A stretch of 64,000 nucleotides of DNA from Candidatus Parcubacteria bacterium (GCA_963806325.1 CAWDXL010000021.1:18624-82623), one strand, 5' to 3'; shown: positions 11,201 through 22,360, counted from the stretch's first letter. Numbers and translations: made by a program. The notes: a model not told the origin generated them from the letters alone.

Positions 11201-12328
11201 TCACAGCCTATTTATGTCAGCAGTTCTGAAACGTATACAATCACATGTTCAAATTCTGCCGGTTCAAGCAGTGACACTGCTACAGTTACTGTTACTCCGA
11301 CTGTCTACACGACACCGGTCGTAACTCTCTCTGCTGTTCCGACCTCTGATTTTTCAACTACTCAGGGAGGGGATATAAATCTTGTGTGGACGGTAAATGA
11401 TTATGGCGATTCAGGAACAATATGTCTTGCGTCTGGATACAACTGGAATGGTGACGTGGATCCGACAGGAGGCACTTCACAGCCTATTTATGTCAGCAGT
11501 TCTGAAACGTATACGCTTACGTGTACAAACTCTGCCGGTCTCTCGGGTAACGCTGTTGCTCAGGTAAGTGTTATTCCTCAAAATACAGCGCCTACTGTAA
11601 GTCTGAATGCTCAGCCGTCAAGCATTGTAAACGGCAATTCTTCAGTGTTAACATGGTCATCTTCATCAAACGCGGTTTCGTGCTCAAGCAATAGCTTCTC
11701 AACGGGCGGTCTGACTAATAGTTCATCCGGTGTCATAGTTTATCCAACTGTTACTACAGTCTATAGCATTACGTGTACCGATTCTGCGGGCGACGTTTCA
11801 TCTCCGGCCACTGCTACTGTTACGGTCAGCGCATTGTCTGCACCGACAGCAAATCTGTATGCGAATGGCACGACACTGACATGGAATTCAACTAATGCAG
11901 ACTCATGTGTTGGTTCTGGGTTTTCAACCTCAGGCCTTACCAGCAGTTCTGTGGGGGTAACGGTAAGCCCGGGTAATTACAGCATTACCTGTACAAATTC
12001 AACGACAGGAGCATCGGCCGCGGCGTCTATCACGGTCAACAATCCTACTACGGGTCCAGCGTGTTATCCTACACAGAGCAATCTGCGTGTAACATCAGCT
12101 ATCGTAAAAACTCAAATTGTTTGGCAAAATTCCGCTGCTTCTCCTGTGGGCTGGTATCAAAATAATGTTTGGCTCGCCACAAGCACTGAATTTACAACAT
12201 CCTATAGCACGGTCGGTTTGGTTTCTATGAAGATGCTCTATCCGCTTGGCGGAGGAAGCTACCAATTAATTCCATGCCAGCCTGTGCCGCTCAATATCAA
12301 ACCAGTGCCTACCGTCGGTGAAATCTAA
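8246..12328 (+). CDS. Giant surface protein, paralog 1 (signal peptide, beta-sandwich N-region, two TM helices, 7 Ig-like repeats, conserved C-terminal module)
   Basis: An uninterrupted 1360-aa ORF. Signal peptide MMKKLFVCVVGAAALLCASAVHA. Hydrophobic helices IESIVALLIACIVVAILFKLL and TLVLIFALTAAGAYFGI. It has repeated two-Cys Thr/Ser-rich modules and the C-terminal motif CYPTQ...CQPVPLNIKPVP. Confidence 0.85.
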   Translation: MMKKLFVCVVGAAALLCASAVHAQDVQNIAPDVYVRNITIPETSYKAGDTVAGTVDLINGDATGIPDIVYQISLGTDYQKNGLIGALYDTITSSPIFLSPQADQTVSFSYKLPVVFDTTTNLTLHIQAFLKSGVPLGWTDMPITVSGGIPALKIGTVSLMVGGTTYNAGVGPTIYQDGTSTLSVSLTNPATSTLTVTPHVVIYDHSTTGKMIEQYSEAAFSMKAGGSAVVNYTVPVFNYTPGVYVGEITFTDSNNLTRSVPIDFRYIVAGNIVTLHSITTQKTTAAVGDSIPITINYSGTPYDISTGTTQGNNNALLDVQLYNEKDQLVGEYQDTTDFNSGNSKTVPIAAAVEAQALRINVSVTSAGKILASYAAPLTGNYDQAHQQALDEQAAHAARIQLAIESIVALLIACIVVAILFKLLNPKHRTTLVLIFALTAAGAYFGIHTVSAYTTISHQSINGVWDYTGYNFNNGSYPTSLDSQGYKPQGYQNPDGDGSKWHVVGDCKTDDLSSPSSGCDDLSPQVTINTPGTTDTFTPGQTFYLTGSAFALACMNNPLDIIVSGTFNGGSTLTTTKNNINNYNGKEGDLSSFNTTFSVGPFTAPTTPGTYTLNFRVDSYTNIPGRTTNMSDYNKDSKAPGGTLDPATTGGYLTGSVIVTVVPPVPVVALVATPTSILSGNTSTLKWSATNSPTSCTASASPSDSSWSGSVTATSATSTQSTSALTQTTTYTLVCKNSGGTSNTATATVTVTEPNVPVVTLTATSPITSGATATLSFSATNSPTSCTASASPSDSSWNGSKTVTSSTKTQSTSALTQTTTYTLTCTNAGGTSAPASATVTVTSPQTTAPKVSLTASPTSVYSGSPSTLIWSVDNGGDSGTSCDDGGDGWYTGGMSGSVSTGALYAATSYTLNCKNNAGSDSDTATVAIEAPQASIPVVSLSAVEDSNFSGTNGGNIYLNWQTQNVPTTCLASGYGWNGDVDPTGGTSQPIYVSSSETYTITCSNSAGSSSDTATVTVTPTVYTTPVVTLSAVPTSDFSTTQGGDINLVWTVNDYGDSGTICLASGYNWNGDVDPTGGTSQPIYVSSSETYTLTCTNSAGLSGNAVAQVSVIPQNTAPTVSLNAQPSSIVNGNSSVLTWSSSSNAVSCSSNSFSTGGLTNSSSGVIVYPTVTTVYSITCTDSAGDVSSPATATVTVSALSAPTANLYANGTTLTWNSTNADSCVGSGFSTSGLTSSSVGVTVSPGNYSITCTNSTTGASAAASITVNNPTTGPACYPTQSNLRVTSAIVKTQIVWQNSAASPVGWYQNNVWLATSTEFTTSYSTVGLVSMKMLYPLGGGSYQLIPCQPVPLNIKPVPTVGEI
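10236..12050 (+). repeat. Intragenic tandem array of ~270-280-nt (85-95-aa) Ig-like module repeats, about 7 copies
   Basis: Recurring ...TL.WS..N.PTSCTASA...W.GS......T.Q.T..L...TTYTLTC.N.GG.S...ATVTV. It includes perfect DNA repeats (47 nt at 10304/10574 and 72 nt at 11167/11443). Array edges are approximate. Confidence 0.8.
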
Positions 12329-12346
12329 TTTCTTAGAAAACATATC

Positions 12347-15300
12347 ATGATGATGAAAAAGTTGTTTTTGTGTATCTTTGCTGGAATTGTGGCACTAACA
12401 GGTTTTGCCGCCATTGCCCAAGCAGACACACTGCCTGTACCGCCGCAGGTCTTCGTCAAGGATATTACGCTCGATAAAACTACATACAGTGCGGGAAGCA
12501 TTGTTACTGGATCATTTGCTCTTGAAAATGGCACATTAGGAACCAATATCTCCGGCATTATGTATCATGTGTCACTTACGGGTGATTACAATTCCAATGG
12601 ATTGGCTGGCTTGTATTACGATACAAAAATTTATGGACCGGTATTTTTAACGGGTTCAGATACGCATAAAATTATACATTTCAGCTATGTTCTTCCGAAA
12701 ACGTTCGGTGGTACGGGGCTTGGTATTCAGGTGAGAGCCTATCTCGCAACAGGAGACCCTCTTGGCTGGTCAGATGCATTTATTACCGTGACTGGTGCAT
12801 TGAGCCATGCCTCTATCACGGACGAATCATTGATTGTTGATACTGCGCAGACATCGATACCTCAGCGTTTTACCGTTTTGTCTGGGCCAACAATCTATAA
12901 AAATGCGCACGGTGCTCTTGCGGTGGCGATTTCAAATACATCTAAAGATTCCCTGTCCCTGGTACCGCATATTGTCATATACGACAGATCCGTTTCGGGA
13001 AAAATTCTTGATGTATATAATGCTACATCATCCGTAATTCTTGCATCGGGCGGCAGCCGGAACCTGTCATTTTCGTTGCCGACATTTGATTATCAGGCAG
13101 GTGTGTATTTTGGTGAGCTTAATTTTCTTGATGCGCAAGGAATGGCTCGGACAGTACCTGTGCAGTTTCGATACATTATCGCTGGTGATATTTTGAGCAT
13201 CTCATCCATTACATCTCCGGTTTCAGCAGTGACAAAAGGAGACATTCTTAATCTTACAGTTACGTATGCCGGTGCACCGTACGATATTTTTACGGGCGAA
13301 ACACCCGGTACTACTACGGCTGATCTCGCAGTAAATGTTTACAATGAGAAAGATCAGCTTGTCGGCACATATACCGAGCGCTCGATGGATTTTAATTCAG
13401 GTGCGTCAAAAATACTGCCCGTTCCTATATATAAAAATGCTCAGGCATTGCGCGTGGTTGCTACTGTGACGAGCGGCAGCAAGATGATTACCTCATATAC
13501 AGCCGATCTCTCGGCAAATTATGAGGAAATGCATAGTCAGCCGGGTATCAGCGAGAATTTGTTTGGTCTCATTGCTATTGTTGTGGCAGCCCTGATAATA
13601 ATCGGTCTCACCATATTCTTCTTCATGAAGAAAAAAGGGAAGTACATGCTTATGACCCTTTTGATTATGGTTGGTGTAGGATGCATTGGGTATAGACCTG
13701 CCACCGCTTTTACCGTTACAGGTACTCATTTTATTAATGTAGTGTGGGATTACGTTACGACCGGTATATGGCAGCCTGCCAATTCAACTGATCCTTATGC
13801 CGACGGATATGAACCTTTTGCCAACAATAATCCATCCTATACTCTCCCGTGGCTTCACTACGCAAGTTCGGGTACAGGTGATCCGAGTGAAGTGCCGACT
13901 GTTCTTATTAACTATCCCACAGACTCTGACACACTTCAGCCAAACCAATCATTTTATATTACGGGCAGTACGTATGCTGCGGCGTGTGAAAATAATCCTC
14001 AAGATATTCTCGTTACTATTACGTTCAACGGCGAGACTCGTACTGAAAGCTTTGGAGATGTAAACAGTTACAACGGCGATCATGATGTTGTCAACAGTCC
14101 TGTAACTGATTTTTCAGTTGGACCTTTTACTGCGCCTGCATCAGGTACATCACAAGCTGTCATAAGAGTCGATAATTATACCAATGTTCCCGGCCAGTCG
14201 AGCAATGAAAAAGCGCGTATTGCATTTGAAAAAAATACAGGTCTCAAACCTCCCACTACATCCGGAGCGACGGAAGGTATAGATACTACAGGAGGTGATA
14301 CGGAAGGGGTGCAAAATATTGTTGTTGCTTCGTCTGTTCCGACTGTGTCTCTCACTGCCAGTCCATCAAGTGTTACAAGCGGCGGCAGTTCAATCTTGAC
14401 ATGGACGACAACAAATTCGCCGACATCATGTACTGCTTCAGGTGACTGGACTGGCTCAAAAACAGCTACGGGCGGCACGCAGTCGATGAGTAATCTCACC
14501 ACAACAAAAAATTACACAATCACATGCACAAATTCTGCGGGTTCAGGTAATGATACTGCGACCGTGACAGTGACTTCACCAAATATTCCTGTCGTCTCAT
14601 TTTCTTCGAATGTAACGAGCTATACCACAGGTGGCGGCAATCCTTTGTTTACATGGTCAGCCACAAACTCCCCAACGTCGTGTACTGCGACCGGCGGCAC
14701 GAGTTCGTGGGATGCGGTCACAGCCACATCGGGCACTAGTCAGCAATTTGGTCCCATTTCTCAGACAACCACATATACACTTGCATGTACAAATGCGGGA
14801 GGGGTTTCAGCGCCTGTGTCGATAACAATTAACGTCTCGGATGCATCACAATATTGGCTTGCTACATGGATTAATTGCAATGGTCCTAATTCCGGAAATC
14901 CGAATGATACCGGCCAATGCTACATAAAACAAACAGGTTCTAGTGCGCCGAGTGCTGTTCCAAATTATGACTACGTGCTTCAGTGTCAAGCAGGCAACGA
15001 TTTTATCTGGGATATCAACGGGGCTTATTCCTGTGTTTCCGATACTCGAGAATACTCGATATCATTTTCACAAATCTCAAGCCAGCAAGCCAGCCAATAT
15101 GTGGAATGTGCTCCTGATATGTGTTCTGTTGCATCCGGACCAGCAGTCCCTCCTACAGTGACTCTTGCTTCGCAAGATCCAAATTTACTGCCAATTGATG
15201 ATGGTTCGGTCGACAGTATTCATTTTACCCTTGATAATGGGGGAGACCCGAATACTACATGTGTCATGAATAATAGTGGCGGTGATCGATATTGGGATAA

Positions 15301-17773
15301 TTGGTCAGGTGTATACTCCAATAATGTAGATCAGTACATTTCAACTGATACTCTCTATACTACAACCACGTATACGGTGACATGCTGGAACTCAGTTGGC
15401 TCTGATAGCGCGAGCACTGTTGTTACCGTTAAACCTCCTACAGTGCCATATACTCCTCCTACGGCAACTATCACTGCAAATCCGCAAAATGTTGCCTACA
15501 ACGGAACAGTTACATTGAGTGGAACAGTAAATGCTGGAGGTGATCCCGATTTATATTGTGAAATAATTGATGCTAATTATATGTGGCGCGCGTATGGATA
15601 TGGAATGGATGATTATTTAAGTACGTATGACAATCCTCCCGACCTTATTGGTCCTGACGCTAATGGTGCATATACTTATTCCCAGACAATAACACCATAT
15701 GATGATTGGGGAAATTCACGATCCTCAATTCAATATGAAATAACATGTACAAACTCAGTAGGGAGGATAAGTGCTACAACCACAGTAACTACATATATTC
15801 CTCCTGTTGTGACTCTTTCCGCAAATCCGACAAACTTTGTTGGTAGCGGCAATCCGACGCTGACATGGACGGTTGACGATGGCGGAGATCCAAATACAAC
15901 GTGTGCCGGCAGTGGCGGCTGGCAAGGTTCAGTCAACGCAGCGGGAGGTACATGGACATTGCCAAATACAATCACGCAAGCTACCACCTATACACTTATA
16001 TGTACAAATGGAGCCGGTGACTCAAATACTGCGACTGCCACGGTCACTATTGGTAATCCTCCAAATATTTCTCTTGCCGCCAATCCTTCTTCGGCAGAGG
16101 TCGGTTCATACTCGCAGTTAAACTGGACGCTCAATGATCAGGATGAATCAATCAGTGATTGCATTTTGAGCAATGACGCCAATGACTATACAACTGATTT
16201 TGCCTATTATCCTTACGAATACGGAAGTTATGACGATACTACTGGAAACTGGGTGTACTATGACGGCAGCCAAGAATCATATCTCCTCACCTCAACCGTT
16301 ACATACACTCTTACATGTATTAATCCGTATGGTTCTGATAGTGCCACTGCGACAATTACTGTTGCTCCGCCAACACTTCCTTCTGTTAGTTTAAGCGCGG
16401 ATCCGGCATTGATTTATTCCAATGATACATCTGATTTATCGTGGAACATCGACAATGGAAATGATTCAGCAACATACTGCTATCTGACTGATGATCAGGA
16501 TAATTTCTATACCACTATCGAATATTACGGTTACCAATATACAACATCTCCATATACCACGCCTCCACTTTCAGCAACGACAGAGTATACAATTACATGT
16601 ACAAACTCTGTTGGTACCGTGAGCGGCTCTGCAACGGTTACCGTTAATCCTCAGACTGATCCTCCATACGTCACACTAACCGCTGATCCAAATCCCGTAA
16701 GTGCTGGAGACACATCAACAATCTCATGGTCGGCAACGAATGAGCCGACGTCATGTACAGCCTGGGGTGATTGGCAGGGACAGGGAATGCCTGCAGCTGG
16801 ATCGTGGACGACTGGCCCGCTTACAACAACCACAACGTATAGTCTTTCATGCAGCAACGGTGCGGGTATCTCAAATACCGCGACTGTACAAGTTCCTCTT
16901 TTAAGCAATCAGCCAGCAGTCACACTTGTTTCAGATGAAGATCCAAACAATCCTATTTCGAGCGGCCAATCTGCAAACCTGAGCTGGACGATAGACAATA
17001 AAGGCGATCCAGATACCTCATGCAATTTAATTGACGACTATAATAGTTTTAATCAGCAAATTGAACCGCCAGCAACGCCGACCGGCACTATGTCTACCGG
17101 CTATCTGACGGCTGATACCACATTTACGCTCACCTGTACAAATAAATATGGCACAGCAAGTGCCGACACAACAGTGACAGTCAATCAGACATGTGTTCCT
17201 GCAGTCGGGGTGACCGCAGACAACTCCGTCACCGTTTTGGCTCCTCCACAGCGAATACTGACATGGTCTTCAAATTGTATGAATTCATGCTCGAGTGCTG
17301 ATTTCACGGTGCCTATTGATTTGACTACCGGCCTTGGTCAAACTTCCGGCTCTACATTTGTACCGGTGCCATCAATATCCGAAAGTCCAAAGAAATACAC
17401 CGTTATGTGCACCCCTCTCACAGGATCATCAGAATCTGGTTTTGCGTATGTTTATCACAACAACGATACTCTTCCAACCTGTTATCCTAAACAATATGGT
17501 TTGGCGGTCACGTCCGCTATTATAAAAACACCGATTACGTGGATATCGGCGAATATTGATTCTTCGGATACTGTGACTGGCTGGCAAGGAGATAATGGCT
17601 GCAACAGCGATACCTGCACATATTCTCAGGTTGGCTTGGTGCATATGTCTATGATCGTTTCATCATCGACTCCGACCGTGGTTAATGGTGTATCTACAGA
17701 TCCGAGTATGACGATTGAATGCCAGCCTACGCCGCTCAATATAAAACCAATCCCCGTTATTAAAGAATTTTAG
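12347..17773 (+). CDS. Giant surface protein, paralog 2 (same architecture, about 12 Ig-like repeats)
   Basis: An uninterrupted 1808-aa ORF. Signal peptide MMMKKLFLCIFAGIVALTGFAAIAQA. Its N-region is collinear with paralog 1 (e.g. FRYI(V/I)AGxI, YNEKDQLVG). It has a central hydrophobic pair and the C-terminal motif CYPKQ...CQPTPLNIKPIP. Confidence 0.85.
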   Translation: MMMKKLFLCIFAGIVALTGFAAIAQADTLPVPPQVFVKDITLDKTTYSAGSIVTGSFALENGTLGTNISGIMYHVSLTGDYNSNGLAGLYYDTKIYGPVFLTGSDTHKIIHFSYVLPKTFGGTGLGIQVRAYLATGDPLGWSDAFITVTGALSHASITDESLIVDTAQTSIPQRFTVLSGPTIYKNAHGALAVAISNTSKDSLSLVPHIVIYDRSVSGKILDVYNATSSVILASGGSRNLSFSLPTFDYQAGVYFGELNFLDAQGMARTVPVQFRYIIAGDILSISSITSPVSAVTKGDILNLTVTYAGAPYDIFTGETPGTTTADLAVNVYNEKDQLVGTYTERSMDFNSGASKILPVPIYKNAQALRVVATVTSGSKMITSYTADLSANYEEMHSQPGISENLFGLIAIVVAALIIIGLTIFFFMKKKGKYMLMTLLIMVGVGCIGYRPATAFTVTGTHFINVVWDYVTTGIWQPANSTDPYADGYEPFANNNPSYTLPWLHYASSGTGDPSEVPTVLINYPTDSDTLQPNQSFYITGSTYAAACENNPQDILVTITFNGETRTESFGDVNSYNGDHDVVNSPVTDFSVGPFTAPASGTSQAVIRVDNYTNVPGQSSNEKARIAFEKNTGLKPPTTSGATEGIDTTGGDTEGVQNIVVASSVPTVSLTASPSSVTSGGSSILTWTTTNSPTSCTASGDWTGSKTATGGTQSMSNLTTTKNYTITCTNSAGSGNDTATVTVTSPNIPVVSFSSNVTSYTTGGGNPLFTWSATNSPTSCTATGGTSSWDAVTATSGTSQQFGPISQTTTYTLACTNAGGVSAPVSITINVSDASQYWLATWINCNGPNSGNPNDTGQCYIKQTGSSAPSAVPNYDYVLQCQAGNDFIWDINGAYSCVSDTREYSISFSQISSQQASQYVECAPDMCSVASGPAVPPTVTLASQDPNLLPIDDGSVDSIHFTLDNGGDPNTTCVMNNSGGDRYWDNWSGVYSNNVDQYISTDTLYTTTTYTVTCWNSVGSDSASTVVTVKPPTVPYTPPTATITANPQNVAYNGTVTLSGTVNAGGDPDLYCEIIDANYMWRAYGYGMDDYLSTYDNPPDLIGPDANGAYTYSQTITPYDDWGNSRSSIQYEITCTNSVGRISATTTVTTYIPPVVTLSANPTNFVGSGNPTLTWTVDDGGDPNTTCAGSGGWQGSVNAAGGTWTLPNTITQATTYTLICTNGAGDSNTATATVTIGNPPNISLAANPSSAEVGSYSQLNWTLNDQDESISDCILSNDANDYTTDFAYYPYEYGSYDDTTGNWVYYDGSQESYLLTSTVTYTLTCINPYGSDSATATITVAPPTLPSVSLSADPALIYSNDTSDLSWNIDNGNDSATYCYLTDDQDNFYTTIEYYGYQYTTSPYTTPPLSATTEYTITCTNSVGTVSGSATVTVNPQTDPPYVTLTADPNPVSAGDTSTISWSATNEPTSCTAWGDWQGQGMPAAGSWTTGPLTTTTTYSLSCSNGAGISNTATVQVPLLSNQPAVTLVSDEDPNNPISSGQSANLSWTIDNKGDPDTSCNLIDDYNSFNQQIEPPATPTGTMSTGYLTADTTFTLTCTNKYGTASADTTVTVNQTCVPAVGVTADNSVTVLAPPQRILTWSSNCMNSCSSADFTVPIDLTTGLGQTSGSTFVPVPSISESPKKYTVMCTPLTGSSESGFAYVYHNNDTLPTCYPKQYGLAVTSAIIKTPITWISANIDSSDTVTGWQGDNGCNSDTCTYSQVGLVHMSMIVSSSTPTVVNGVSTDPSMTIECQPTPLNIKPIPVIKEF
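14335..17470 (+). repeat. Intragenic array of diverged Ig-like module repeats (about 12), interrupted by a Cys-rich non-repeat insert near 14830-15140
   Basis: It has the same two-Cys module consensus as paralog 1 and shares a 22-nt string with it (acaaattcgccgacatcatgta at 14411). Array edges are approximate. Confidence 0.7.
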
Positions 17774-17796
17774 GTTCTTCTCATTCTCTGATTTTC

Positions 17797-17805
17797 TGGC
17801 ATACT
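17797..17805 (+). promoter_or_regulatory. Extended -10-like box (TGGCATACT) abutting the ligA start codons
   Basis: tggcatact lies at 17797-17805, ATG at 17806 and a second ATG at 17812 (7 nt after the box). No Shine-Dalgarno sequence is present. Confidence 0.3.
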
Positions 17806-19865
<2,060 letters not shown>

Positions 19866-19882
19866 TGCTACTATATATTCAT

Positions 19883-20177
19883 ATGATTTCTACGAATGAT
19901 GTAAAAAAATTGGCGGCGTTGGCCCGTATAAAGCTGACGGCTGAGGAAGAAGAAAAGTTGGCCAAAGATATGGAAAGTATTCTAGGCTATGTTAAGCAAA
20001 TTAAAGAAGTTGCGGCTTCTTTAACGACGCCGGAAAAAACTGGAGACAGAAGAAAGAACGCGGAATGTGCTTCGGGAAGATTCCAATCCTCATGAGTCAG
20101 GTATCCATACTGAGGCAATTTTAGCTGAGGCGCCTCAGCGGGAAGGTGCGTATTTAAAGGTAAAAAAAATACTGTAA
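19883..20177 (+). CDS. gatC: Asp/Glu-tRNA amidotransferase subunit C, with one frame break at A6 (20034-20039)
   Basis: MISTNDVKKLAALARIKLTAEEEEKLAKDMESILGYVKQIKEV, then, after removing one A, ...PEKLETEERTRNVLREDSNPHESG...AYLKVKKIL. Its stop overlaps the gatA start (TAATG). Confidence 0.8.
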
Positions 20178-21616
20178 TGATAAACCTCAAAGAATTAACG
20201 ATACAAAAAGCTCGCATCGCTTTAGACAAGAAAGATTTTTCTGCTGTCGAACTTGCGCTGGCATATAAAGCAGAAATAGAAAAGAAAAATCCGGAGCTTC
20301 ATGTCTACCTCGAAGTTTTTCCCGATATTGAAGAGCAGGCGAAAAAAGCTGATGAGATGATACGGGCAGGGAAGTCACAGGCACTTACCGGCATTCCTTT
20401 TTCAATAAAGGATAATATTTTAATCAAAGGCCGAAAAGCCTCATCAGCATCAAAAATGCTTGAAAATTATACCGCCACCTACGATGCAACTGTTATCACA
20501 AAACTCAAAGCTCAAGGCGCAGTATTTTTAGGCAGAACAAATATGGATGAGTTTGCCATGGGAAGTTCAACCGAAAATTCAGCGTACGGAGCGACCAAAA
20601 ATCCGTGGGATACGTCGCGTGTGCCCGGCGGATCTTCGGGTGGTGCTGCAGCAGCACTCGCGGCCAATCTTTGTTTGGCGTCACTTGGTTCTGATACCGG
20701 CGGTTCTATCCGCCAGCCGGCAAGCTTTTGCGGACTGGTAGGCTTGAAGCCAACATACGGTGCTGTCTCGCGTCACGGCGTCATGGCCATGGCCTCATCT
20801 CTCGATCAAATCGGACCACTCGCAAAAAATGTTGAGGATGCTCAAATTATTTTTGATGCTATACGAGGCAAAGACCGATATGATTCAACCTCTATAGATA
20901 TTCCGGCTACTCCAAGTACTCCAGTTCCAACAAAGAAATTCAGAATCGGCGTGCCGTTTGATTTTGTCGGTCAGGGCGTGGATGAAGACGTTATGAAAAA
21001 TTTCAACGACTCGCTTGAAAAACTCAAGAAAGCGGGCTGCGAAATTGTTGATGTAAAATTGCCATACTTAAAATATTCTCTCGCGGTTTATTATATTTTG
21101 CAGCCGGCAGAAGTGTCTTCAAATCTTGCGCGGTTTGATGGAGTGAAATATGGCCTTCATAGAGACGGCAAAGATTTATTAGAAGATTATCTGCTCACGC
21201 GCCAAGACGGTTTTGGTCCTGAGAGCCGCCGCCGTATCATGCTCGGTACGTATGTACTCTCTTCAGGATATTATGATGCGTACTACTATAAGGCACACGC
21301 TGTACGCTCGCTTATCATTAAAGATTTCGAAAAAACATTTGAACATGTTGATGTTATTTTAACGCCTACATCTCCGGTGCCGGCATTTAAAGCGGGGGAA
21401 AAATCAAACGACCCGTTGGCAATGTACCTAGCCGATATTTTTACGGTCTCGGCAAACATCGTGACACTGCCCGCAATTTCCGTTCCATCTGGTTTTGCGG
21501 AAAGAGATGGAAAACAGCTGCCGCTCGGCATTCAATTTACCGCTCCTTACGGATGCGAGCATGTTTTGTTTGCTATCGGCAAGAAAATGGAAGCTGCAGT
21601 AATACCAAAAAAATAA
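20177..21616 (+). CDS. gatA: Glutamyl-tRNA(Gln) amidotransferase subunit A (amidase signature family)
   Basis: 479 aa with the amidase signature GGSSGGAAAALAA...GSDTGGSIRQPASFCG. It follows gatC directly. Confidence 0.92.
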   Translation: MINLKELTIQKARIALDKKDFSAVELALAYKAEIEKKNPELHVYLEVFPDIEEQAKKADEMIRAGKSQALTGIPFSIKDNILIKGRKASSASKMLENYTATYDATVITKLKAQGAVFLGRTNMDEFAMGSSTENSAYGATKNPWDTSRVPGGSSGGAAAALAANLCLASLGSDTGGSIRQPASFCGLVGLKPTYGAVSRHGVMAMASSLDQIGPLAKNVEDAQIIFDAIRGKDRYDSTSIDIPATPSTPVPTKKFRIGVPFDFVGQGVDEDVMKNFNDSLEKLKKAGCEIVDVKLPYLKYSLAVYYILQPAEVSSNLARFDGVKYGLHRDGKDLLEDYLLTRQDGFGPESRRRIMLGTYVLSSGYYDAYYYKAHAVRSLIIKDFEKTFEHVDVILTPTSPVPAFKAGEKSNDPLAMYLADIFTVSANIVTLPAISVPSGFAERDGKQLPLGIQFTAPYGCEHVLFAIGKKMEAAVIPKK

Positions 21617-21685
21617 TATGGCTGAAGCAGGAGCCCCCAAGGGCGATGCAAAAGTAGAAAAAAAAGCCAGACATTTACTGAGTAC

Positions 21686-22306
21686 ATGATCGAGCTCTTA
21701 GGCTTTATTATTCTCATCGTCCTCATATCAAATGCAATCGGAAGGGTTTCGCAAAAATACGGCTCGCTGACGTGGCAAACAATTGCCGCTGCAATCGGCA
21801 ACTGGATTATTTCTTCGCCAATCGGCCCCTTTGTTCAGTATTTTGCTGTTGCGTTTGTGACGGTCATTAACATTGTATGCCTTGTGCTCGTTTTCGGTAT
21901 CGTCTACAGTCTTATTATGCTTGGACGTGCCGACAGGCTGCTTGAAGAGACTATCATCCCAGAGGCTAAAGATGAGGAAGTTATAGAAAACAAAAATCCG
22001 CGCTGGCAACGTGTCGTGGAACATCTCGGATCAAAAAATCCCGGTGACTGGCGTCTTGCGGTACTTGAAGCTGATATTGTTCTTGATGAATTGCTTGATA
22101 CGCTTGGATACACCGGCGATACAATCGGTGACAAACTTAAGAAAGTGGCCAGAGGAGATTTTATTCCTCTCGATCAAGCTTGGGAAGCCCACCGGATCCG
22201 TAATGCAATTGCTCATGAAGGCCACGAATTCATGCTTTCAGAGCGCGAAGCTCGCCGCATTATCGGGCTCTACGAACAGGTATTTCGGTCATTTAACTTT
22301 ATTTAG
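21686..22306 (+). CDS. Hypothetical membrane protein (3 N-terminal TM helices, conserved soluble C-terminal domain)
   Basis: 206 aa with hydrophobic N-terminal helices and the C-terminal motif WEAHRIRNAIAHEG. No family name recognised. Confidence 0.6.
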   Translation: MIELLGFIILIVLISNAIGRVSQKYGSLTWQTIAAAIGNWIISSPIGPFVQYFAVAFVTVINIVCLVLVFGIVYSLIMLGRADRLLEETIIPEAKDEEVIENKNPRWQRVVEHLGSKNPGDWRLAVLEADIVLDELLDTLGYTGDTIGDKLKKVARGDFIPLDQAWEAHRIRNAIAHEGHEFMLSEREARRIIGLYEQVFRSFNFI

Positions 22307-22360
22307 CTTTGCTGGTGCTTGCAATAAGTACTTATTTAAGGTATATTTTGTATCCCCAAT

